From: Candidatus Aminicenantes bacterium
Lineage (GTDB): Bacteria; Acidobacteriota; Aminicenantia; Aminicenantales; JAFGBC01
Direction of reading: 5' to 3'
Assembly: GCA_963702005.1 (NCBI GenBank)
Contig: OY969696.1
Location: forward strand, 3,488,001-3,552,000
DNA length: 64,000 bases
Below the pieces are notes generated by a model. That model worked only from the letters and a program-made list of their open reading frames with translations, had not been told where the DNA came from and ran no database searches. Positions 19,237 through 26,507 of this stretch are shown in pieces; position 1 is the stretch's first letter; each line of letters opens with the position of its first letter. The translations under genes were made by a program, and so were the position numbers.

Positions 19237-20472
19237 ATGATCGGAACCATCGTTCGCAAGGAGATCGCCGCCAACCTCCTCAGCTACAAGTTCTTTATCG
19301 TCATGCTACTGGCTTCCCTGCTCGTCTTCACCAGCCTGTTCGTCATGGTCAGGGATTTCAAGGGACGGCAGGCCGACTATCAACTCAACAAAGCCAAGCC
19401 CGGAGAGCCGATCGCCATCATCCCGCCCAATCCCCTGTCCATCTTCGCCAAGGGCCTGGACGACGCCATGACCCGCTCCTTCGGAGTCGGCATCACCGGT
19501 ATCTACGTCCAGGCCGGCCAGCAGTCCGGCAACATCATCTTTTCCTTTTTCCCTTCGCCCGATTTCGTCTACGTCGTCAAGGTCGTGCTGTCGCTGGTGG
19601 CCCTTCTGTTCGGCTTCGACCAAATCAGCCGGGAGAAGGAAGCGGGCACCCTGAAACTGGTGTTCGCCAATTCGCTCTCCCGGGCCTCCGTCCTGGCCGG
19701 CAAGTGGCTCGGCAACTTCCTGAGCCTGGCCGTCCCCTTCCTGCTGGTGACCATACTGGGGATCGCCCTGATGAGCCTCGATCCCGCTGTGCGCCTCTCC
19801 GGATCGGGGCTCGGGCGGCTGGCGTTGTTGCTCGCAACAAGCCTCATCTACGTCGCCCTGTTCTTAAGCCTCGGCATTTTCATCTCCACGGTCACCCGGC
19901 GGTCCGCTTCATCTCTGGTTGTTCTCCTCTTCATCTGGTCGCTGCTAGTCTTCATCCTGCCCAACCTGGGCACGCTGCTGGCCCGCCAATTCGTCGACGT
20001 TCCGTCCGTCCGCGCCCTGAGCGAGAAGCGGGAGCAGATCTGGACGCGGGAAGTCCTCATGCGCTATACCGATAAAACCGACAACTGGGACGCCCGGATC
20101 AAAAACATGAACGCCGAATTCGACAAGATGGAGGAAGACTACCGCAACAAGTTCGACCGCCTGATCCGATTGTCTAAGAACATCAACCGGATCTCGCCGG
20201 CGGCCAGCTTCGTCTACGCCGCCACCGAGATCGCCGGCACCGGGATCGGCGAGGAAGGCTTGCTTAAAAGCGAAGTCATCCGCTATAAAAACCGGTTCTT
20301 GGAGGACATCCGGTCCGGGATCAAGGGACACGCCGCGTTCAGCTACCGTTACCGTTCCGTCGGACGCGTATTGGCCGAGGGGAGCCTGTTCGATATCGCC
20401 TGGCTCCTGGTCTTCAATATCGTCTTTTTCGCCGCGGGCTACGCCGCGGTCGTGCGCTACGACGTCAGATAA
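19237..20472 (+). CDS. ABC-2 type transporter permease, paralog 6 (ends RYDVR)
   Basis: MIGTIVRKEI, SREKEAGTLK, GKW, LPN, ISP. Confidence 0.9.
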   Translation: MIGTIVRKEIAANLLSYKFFIVMLLASLLVFTSLFVMVRDFKGRQADYQLNKAKPGEPIAIIPPNPLSIFAKGLDDAMTRSFGVGITGIYVQAGQQSGNIIFSFFPSPDFVYVVKVVLSLVALLFGFDQISREKEAGTLKLVFANSLSRASVLAGKWLGNFLSLAVPFLLVTILGIALMSLDPAVRLSGSGLGRLALLLATSLIYVALFLSLGIFISTVTRRSASSLVVLLFIWSLLVFILPNLGTLLARQFVDVPSVRALSEKREQIWTREVLMRYTDKTDNWDARIKNMNAEFDKMEEDYRNKFDRLIRLSKNINRISPAASFVYAATEIAGTGIGEEGLLKSEVIRYKNRFLEDIRSGIKGHAAFSYRYRSVGRVLAEGSLFDIAWLLVFNIVFFAAGYAAVVRYDVR

Positions 20473-20474
20473 GG

Positions 20475-21917
20475 ATGACAGCTATGATCCCTATCCTCGT
20501 CATGAAAGAAATCCGCAACCACCTCCTGTCGTTCCGGTTCCTGGTGACATTCGTCCTTCTCCTGGTCATCGTCCCAGTCACAACCTTGATCCTGACCAAC
20601 GATTACATACGGAAACAGGACGATTATTCCCGGCGCCAGGCCGAGATTCAGAATTACCTAAGCCGCTACGCCCATTTCAACCGGATCGGAAACGTGATCG
20701 AGCCTTCCCAGCCGCCCGTTCCGTTCTATGCGCTCGTCCGGGGGCTGTCGGCCGACGTCAATATCAACGCCTTCTACAACGACCCTCTGCCTGTCATGTT
20801 TCCGCTGCTGGACTTGACGTTCATCGTCGCCATTCTCCTCAGCCTGGCCGCCCTGGTCTTCGCCTACGACTCCCTATCCGGCGAAAAGGAAGACGGGACC
20901 CTGAAGCTCATGCTGGCCAACGGCCTGGCCCGGTCCAAGATCATCGCCGCCAAGGTTTTGGGAGGAACGGCGACCTTGCTCATCCCCTTCCTGGTTTCGC
21001 TGGCCGTCGGCCTGATCATCATCCTGCTCAACCCGAGGGTGGGCTGGAAAGGGTCGGATTGGGGCGCGCTGGGGATGATCGCGATCGGGGCCGTCGTTTA
21101 TTTTACCCTCTTCACCTGCCTGGGGATCTTCATCTCCTCGCGCCACCAGTCGAGCTCCTCGTCGATCATGACCTCGCTCTTTGTCTGGGTTCTCGCCGTC
21201 CTGGTCGTCCCCAACCTCAGCCCTTACCTGGCCTCGCTCCTCCGTCCGACGCCCTCCCGGATCATGATCAACCGGGAGGTCCAGCGCATCACCCAGGATG
21301 AACGCGACGAGCTCGGCCGGATAATCCAGAAGGAAAGAACGGCGGAGGTTCTCAAGGAATATCCCGTCCTGGCTCCCGTTTTCAGGATGTCCGAACAGGA
21401 AATCCTGGACGCCATCAAGAAGGACCCCGCCTTCGCTCGCGCCTATGAAGCTTTGCGAAAGACGATCGAGGCGGTTTGGCGCGAAGCTAACAGGATCCAG
21501 GGCGAAAAAGCCAAGGTCTTGACAGAAGACTTGGACCGAAAGGAAAAGGCGCAGACTCGGCTCTCCGTCCTCCTGTCCCTGAGCTCCCCCATGGCCGCCT
21601 TCTCTTATTTGACCACGGACCTCTCCAACACCGGGATGAGGAATGAAATTCATTTTAGCGAGCTGGCAAGGGGATGGGGTCAGGCCTACGAAGACTTCGC
21701 GACCCAAAAAATGGAGGAGCTCAGGAAAAAGGATCCGACCATGGATGTCTGGAACTCGCCGGTCGACGTCCGCGATATGCCGCGCTTCCAATACAAGGAA
21801 GAAGCGCTGACGGGACGGATCAAGGCCGTTCTGGCGCCGTTAGCCGTCCTGGCCGTCCTCTCCATCGTTCTGTTCGGCGCGGCCTACGCTTCCTTCATCC
21901 GCTACGACGTCCGCTGA
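20475..21917 (+). CDS. ABC-2 type transporter permease, paralog 7 (ends RYDVR)
   Basis: LVMKEI, SGEKEDGTLK, AKV, VPN, SSP. Confidence 0.9.
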   Translation: MTAMIPILVMKEIRNHLLSFRFLVTFVLLLVIVPVTTLILTNDYIRKQDDYSRRQAEIQNYLSRYAHFNRIGNVIEPSQPPVPFYALVRGLSADVNINAFYNDPLPVMFPLLDLTFIVAILLSLAALVFAYDSLSGEKEDGTLKLMLANGLARSKIIAAKVLGGTATLLIPFLVSLAVGLIIILLNPRVGWKGSDWGALGMIAIGAVVYFTLFTCLGIFISSRHQSSSSSIMTSLFVWVLAVLVVPNLSPYLASLLRPTPSRIMINREVQRITQDERDELGRIIQKERTAEVLKEYPVLAPVFRMSEQEILDAIKKDPAFARAYEALRKTIEAVWREANRIQGEKAKVLTEDLDRKEKAQTRLSVLLSLSSPMAAFSYLTTDLSNTGMRNEIHFSELARGWGQAYEDFATQKMEELRKKDPTMDVWNSPVDVRDMPRFQYKEEALTGRIKAVLAPLAVLAVLSIVLFGAAYASFIRYDVR

Positions 21918-21985
21918 AATCCGACGCTGACCTTTCGTCTAATTTCCCGATTTCAAAAATTCCCGCAAAAAGACACGGCGCAGAG

Positions 21986-22014
21986 TTGACATTAATTCGA
22001 ATGGCGCGTAGAGT
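21986..22014 (+). promoter_or_regulatory. Putative sigma70 promoter
   Basis: TTGACA-N17-TAGAGT upstream of a strong AAGGAGG RBS. Confidence 0.6.
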
Positions 22015-22074
22015 CAAAATAACGGGGTTCCTAAAGCTGTGGAGAGGGATCTGTCTTTAAGATAAGGAGGTCTT

Positions 22075-22138
22075 ATGGAAAAGCGGCGGCGTCCTGCTGG
22101 CCATCATCGGCGCCATCAAGAAAGCCGTCAGCAAGTAG
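22075..22138 (+). pseudogene. Internally deleted small Gly-rich membrane protein gene
   Basis: AAGGAGG-N4-ATG GAA followed, one base out of frame, by SGGVLLAIIGAIKKAVSK*. Confidence 0.5.
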
Positions 22139-22208
22139 GCCGCCATCCTCTTTGCGCGGCTCAAGAACCATTCGTCCAGACTGAGTCCGTCATTCTCGAA
22201 GGAGGATC

Positions 22209-22400
22209 GTGATGCCGATAAAGCGAACAACCCATCGCAGCTCCAAGGGCACCAAGCTCTACGCCGTGCGCGACAGCAAAGGGCGCTTCAAGGACATCCA
22301 GACCTATAAGCGCGCCCAGGCCGCGGACATGAGGCGCAAGAGCAAGGCGGAAAGTGCCGCGAAGTTGAAAAAAGGGAAGAAAACCAAGAGGGGCAAATAG
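22209..22400 (+). CDS. Small basic conserved hypothetical protein
   Basis: GGAGG RBS; KLYAVRDSKGRFKDIQTYKRA core with a Lys-rich tail. Confidence 0.75.
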   Translation: MMPIKRTTHRSSKGTKLYAVRDSKGRFKDIQTYKRAQAADMRRKSKAESAAKLKKGKKTKRGK

Positions 22401-22472
22401 CCTTTTTTTGGGGGCCGGCCGGAAAATGGGGATCCCCCAAACGAAGACGAGTTTATCGGCCGGCCTTTCCGA

Positions 22473-23585
22473 TCAGGATCGGGCGTCATCAAGGGCGGTT
22501 GCAATGAGACCGCCCCCCAAGACGGTCTCGCCATCGTAGAAGACGGCTGACTGTCCGGGCGTTATGGCCCGCTGGGGCCGCTTGAACTCGACGATGACCT
22601 CGCCCGGCTTCACCGGCTTGAGGACGGCTTTGGCCCCCGGGTGCCGGTAGCGGATTTTAACGGCCGCTTCCCTCTCGTCCTTCAGGTTCTCGACGGCGAT
22701 CCAGTTGACATCGGCGACGCGGAGGCGTCTCTTCATCAGCTCCTCGCCGCGGCCCACGACGACCGTGTTCGTAGCCGGGTTGAGCGACAAGACGTAATAA
22801 GGATGGGGCCCCGCCACCCCCATCCCCTTCCGCTGCCCGATCGTGTAGTGGATGATGCCCCGGTGCTCGCCGAGGATCCGGCCCTCCCGGTCCACGATCG
22901 GGCCGGGACGAAAGGCGGCCGGAATCCGCTCGCGGAGGAAACGAGCGTAGTCGCGGTCGGGGATGAAACAGATCTCTTGGCTCTCGGGTTTGGCGGCGAC
23001 CGCGAGTCCGAGGCGGGCCGCCGTCCGCCTGACTTCCGCTTTGGTCATCCCGCCGACCGGGAACAAGCTCCGGCCCAGCTGATCCTGGGTCAGGGCGTGG
23101 AGAAAATAGGACTGATCCTTGGCCCGGTCGAATCCTTTTTTGAGCAGGAAGCGTTTCCGGGACGGATCGTATTCGACTCGGGCGTGATGCCCCGTGGCCA
23201 ATCGATCGGCGCCGAGCCGGCGGGCCCTCTTCCATAAACAACCGAATTTAACGAGCGCGTTGCATCGGACGCAGGGGTTGGGCGTTCGCCCTCTCCGGTA
23301 TTCCCCGCAGAAATCGGCGATGACCGCGCGCTCGAAATCCTTCCTGAAATCGGCCGTGTAATGGGGAATGCCGAGGGCCGCGGCGACGCCGGCCGCGTCC
23401 CTGCGCGCCTTGGCTCCGCAACAGCTCTGGAGCCCCTCGTCGCGACAGGCTTCGGAGGAGAGGGAAAAGAGGTCCATGGTCAGGCCGATGACCTCGTGCC
23501 CCCGCTCGAGAAGGAGGGCCGCGGCGACCGAGGAATCGACCCCCCCGCTCATGGCCGCGGCTATGACCGGACTTTTCTTACTCAC
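22473..23585 (-). CDS. mnmA: tRNA 2-thiouridine(34) synthase
   Basis: AMSGGVDSSV, TPNPCVRCN, ATGH, KDQSYFL, ESQEICF, YTIGQRKG, TPGQSAVFY. Confidence 0.97.
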   Translation of the reverse strand: MSKKSPVIAAAMSGGVDSSVAAALLLERGHEVIGLTMDLFSLSSEACRDEGLQSCCGAKARRDAAGVAAALGIPHYTADFRKDFERAVIADFCGEYRRGRTPNPCVRCNALVKFGCLWKRARRLGADRLATGHHARVEYDPSRKRFLLKKGFDRAKDQSYFLHALTQDQLGRSLFPVGGMTKAEVRRTAARLGLAVAAKPESQEICFIPDRDYARFLRERIPAAFRPGPIVDREGRILGEHRGIIHYTIGQRKGMGVAGPHPYYVLSLNPATNTVVVGRGEELMKRRLRVADVNWIAVENLKDEREAAVKIRYRHPGAKAVLKPVKPGEVIVEFKRPQRAITPGQSAVFYDGETVLGGGLIATALDDARS

Positions 23586-23701
23586 GGCTTTGACCAGGTC
23601 AGGATATCAGAAAATCGGCCCGGACGACACACCCCTTCCCGGCTCTCCGCCGGATTGAGTCGTCCGGGGATTTGAGATATAAAGGGGGCGAGGAGTCGAA
23701 A

Positions 23702-24580
23702 ATGAAAAAACAGCTCGCTCTCCGCTTGTTGGCCGTCGGGTTTGTCATGGTCCTAACTCTGGGCTCGGCTTGGGCCTCGAAGCAGATCCTCCTTTTCAAA
23801 TTCGAGCTTTCGGCCTCTTACGCTTGGGAAAATCCCCGGCTGAACTCGACCTATCTCCATTCCTATTCCCCTCCCTTCTCGCCCGGCGCCTTTCAAAGCT
23901 CGGCTTCCCAAACCCTGAGCTTTAAGGGCCAGAAGGCCCACGGCTACACGGCCGCCTTCCGCTTCTTTCCTTTCCGTTACGCCGGGCTCGAAGTCCTCTT
24001 GGATGCCTTTAAGGCGAACCTGTCCGGAGCGAATTCGAACTACAAGCTTTCTCTAAAATACACGGCGCGCTTGCCTCCCAATTATATTCCGGTTGAGTAC
24101 AGCTACCACCGGGAAGATTCCTGGCCGGCGACCGACGGCGAGTTCAAGGAGACCGTCATCAGCCTCAACGCGGCCGTCCGCGTCCCCCTGGTCAGCGTCC
24201 TGACCCTCAAGGCCTCGGCCGGCGCCAGCCTGTGCAATTTCGAGGCCCAGTCTTCGAGCATCGCCTTCACCAAGTATTGGCTCGGCGGCCACTCGGTCCT
24301 GTTCATGCAGGATTACAGCCTGGCCCTGGACTGGGGGCCGGCCCGGATCACGGGATTTAACGTCGGCGGCGAACTGGTCGTCGACCTCTTCTCGAATATC
24401 GGCCTCGCCGTCGATGTCCGCTATTTTTCCTTCCCCGAGACCTCCGTCAAATGGCATGTCCTGACCGGCCAGGGCATCACGGAAACGGCCGAAGAGCTTG
24501 GGCGCCTGATGAACCTCGGCTCGGTCAAGGTCAATCCATCCCTGTTCCGGGTCAACCTGGGCCTGCGGTTTCTGTTCTAA
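23702..24580 (+). CDS. Outer membrane beta-barrel protein
   Basis: Signal peptide, alternating amphipathic strands, C-terminal VNLGLRFLF. Confidence 0.75.
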   Translation: MKKQLALRLLAVGFVMVLTLGSAWASKQILLFKFELSASYAWENPRLNSTYLHSYSPPFSPGAFQSSASQTLSFKGQKAHGYTAAFRFFPFRYAGLEVLLDAFKANLSGANSNYKLSLKYTARLPPNYIPVEYSYHREDSWPATDGEFKETVISLNAAVRVPLVSVLTLKASAGASLCNFEAQSSSIAFTKYWLGGHSVLFMQDYSLALDWGPARITGFNVGGELVVDLFSNIGLAVDVRYFSFPETSVKWHVLTGQGITETAEELGRLMNLGSVKVNPSLFRVNLGLRFLF

Positions 24581-24586
24581 GCGTCC

Positions 24587-25534
24587 TTAGAAACTTGTAT
24601 TGAAGACCGGAAGGACTTTGAGTCCCCGCGGATTGTCCCGTACGATGTTGACCAGTCCAACCTGCACCCCTTTAACGCTCCAGGCATAGTTGACGATGCC
24701 GACGGATATTCCTATCTGAGCGCCCCTGACGTAGTTGAAGGAACTGGCCGCGAACCCGGTCAGCCGTCCACCCGGGGCGATCTTGATGAAGCCGCCCGCA
24801 ATCTGAATCCCCATGAGGTCTTTGCCGCCGACGGCCAATCCGCCGACCGTAACCCCGCGGACTTCGGGAGCGCCGGCGGCGATCCCGCTCAAGGTGAGGC
24901 CGGTCAGCCGTTCTCCAGCGCCGACGCCGATTCCTCCGATATTGATCCCGGCCACGACTTGGCCGGCGCCGACGCCGACGCCGCCGATATTGATGCCCAC
25001 CAAGTCCTTGCCCGCGCCGACGCCGATCCCGCCGATGTTGATGCCCACCATCGAACCGCCCGCCCCGGCTCCCAGCCCGCCGATCGTGATGCCCTTGATG
25101 TCCTCGCCGGCGCCGATGCCCAAGCCGCCCAGGTTCAGGCCGACGACATTTCCCCCGCAGCCCGCGCCCAAGCCGCCCAGGGTTATTCCCTTAAGATCCT
25201 TCTCCGCGGCGATCCCGAGAATTCCGACCTGAATCCCGCGCAGATAGCCCCCGCCCGGGATGGTTCCGAGCGAGAGACCATGAATGACGGCATCCGCGTC
25301 GTCTTTCCTGGGCTGCCAGAGCGTCACATTGACGCCGTTGATGCGCTTGACTTGGCTGTCCCGGTAATTGAAACGGAGTCCCGAGAAGTGTTTGGAGTTG
25401 CCGAAGCTGATGCCCCAGGTATTCGAAGGAATATCCAGGCTTTGGCCGGCCGAAGCCAAGCCGGCCGTCGCCATGAGAACGGCCGTCGCCAGCAAGCGGA
25501 CGGAGTTCCGCTCGAAACATCCTTGTGTTTTCAT
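24587..25534 (-). CDS. Secreted glycine-rich repeat surface protein (LA_2272-like)
   Basis: About 8 repeats of a 15-aa unit (GINIGGxGxGAGxxL); ends GVQVGLVN..LPVFNTSF; RBS before ATG 25534. Confidence 0.75.
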   Translation of the reverse strand: MKTQGCFERNSVRLLATAVLMATAGLASAGQSLDIPSNTWGISFGNSKHFSGLRFNYRDSQVKRINGVNVTLWQPRKDDADAVIHGLSLGTIPGGGYLRGIQVGILGIAAEKDLKGITLGGLGAGCGGNVVGLNLGGLGIGAGEDIKGITIGGLGAGAGGSMVGINIGGIGVGAGKDLVGINIGGVGVGAGQVVAGINIGGIGVGAGERLTGLTLSGIAAGAPEVRGVTVGGLAVGGKDLMGIQIAGGFIKIAPGGRLTGFAASSFNYVRGAQIGISVGIVNYAWSVKGVQVGLVNIVRDNPRGLKVLPVFNTSF

Positions 25535-25620
25535 GGAGACTCTCCTCGGGATAGAGATCATCATCGGGAAACGCTCATTGACTAATACGAAACCGCGGGT
25601 TGGAATGTTTCTCTAAAACG

Positions 25621-25657
25621 AAAAAAAACCCTCCCGCCCCAGCCTGGGGCGGGAGGG
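25621..25657 (-). terminator. Rho-independent terminator after the YHS-domain gene
   Basis: CCCTCCCGCCCC-N5-GGGGCGGGAGGG stem followed by T8 on the minus strand. Confidence 0.85.
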
Positions 25658-25686
25658 CTGTAGAAGTAGGGCTCAGCCGAAAAAAT

Positions 25687-26328
25687 TTACTTCTTGGGCT
25701 CTTCCTTCTTGGCCGCCTCCAAGCATTTGGCGCGGCATTCCTTCATCTTGGCGGCCTGGTCCTGGAGGGCCTTGACGAGCTCGGGCGTTTTGGCCGTCAA
25801 GGTGACGACAACGCCGTCCTTGACGTTCTCGACCTTAACCTCGACGTCGGGAGAGCAAAGGGGGCAGGCGCAACCCGCCGCGCCCTGAGCCTTCATCATG
25901 CCGCAGCCCTTGCCCATCTCTTTGCCGGCAGCCTGTTTATGGCCTCCGCAACAGGGCTTGGCTTCCATCAGCTTCGCGGCTTCCTGCGGCTCGGTCTTCT
26001 TGACAAGGTCCATGCCGCACTTGGGGCACTTGCCGGGCTTGTCCGACTCGACGCCCTTGCACATCGGGCATACGTATTTCACGCCCGGCTCGGGCTTGGC
26101 CTGGGTGTACTGAGCGGGATCCTTGAGGAATTTCGCCTTGCACCCTTCGCAGCAGAAATAATACGTCTTGCCCTGGTACTCGACGCTGGCGGGAGCTTCC
26201 GCCTTCTTCATGACCTTCCCGGAAACGGGGCAAGTCACGGTCTCGTCGTTTTGCTGGGCGATCCCGGCCATGACGGCAATGACCGCCAGGGCCAGCACGA
26301 TTGAGAGCCACCGGGTCTTTCTATTCAA
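25687..26328 (-). CDS. Secreted YHS/TRASH plus heavy-metal-binding domain protein (putative Cu chaperone)
   Basis: CPVSG..YQGKTYYFCCEGCKAKF; YVCPMC..DKPGKCPKCGMDL; further Cys pairs; signal peptide. Confidence 0.85.
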   Translation of the reverse strand: MNRKTRWLSIVLALAVIAVMAGIAQQNDETVTCPVSGKVMKKAEAPASVEYQGKTYYFCCEGCKAKFLKDPAQYTQAKPEPGVKYVCPMCKGVESDKPGKCPKCGMDLVKKTEPQEAAKLMEAKPCCGGHKQAAGKEMGKGCGMMKAQGAAGCACPLCSPDVEVKVENVKDGVVVTLTAKTPELVKALQDQAAKMKECRAKCLEAAKKEEPKK

Positions 26329-26397
26329 TAGGTTACCTCCTGGGTACCGTTTTGAATTTCTATTTTATCCTTTCTCTCGGAATTGTCAAATCCTCGA

Positions 26398-26477
26398 CAC
26401 TCATGGAAGCCACGATTGCAGGCATTTCGCAGTACTTATGGCCCGTTTCTGGGTCATGAGTGCTGCAAGGCTGCTCC
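26398..26477. repeat. Palindromic intergenic repeat family A, copy 3 (diverged)
   Basis: CACTCATGG..GTACTTATGGCCCGTTTCTGGGTCATGAGTG-CTGCAAGGCTGCTCC. Confidence 0.75.
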
Positions 26478-26507
26478 CGCCGCGATCAGAAGCCTGGCCG
26501 GAAAGGA

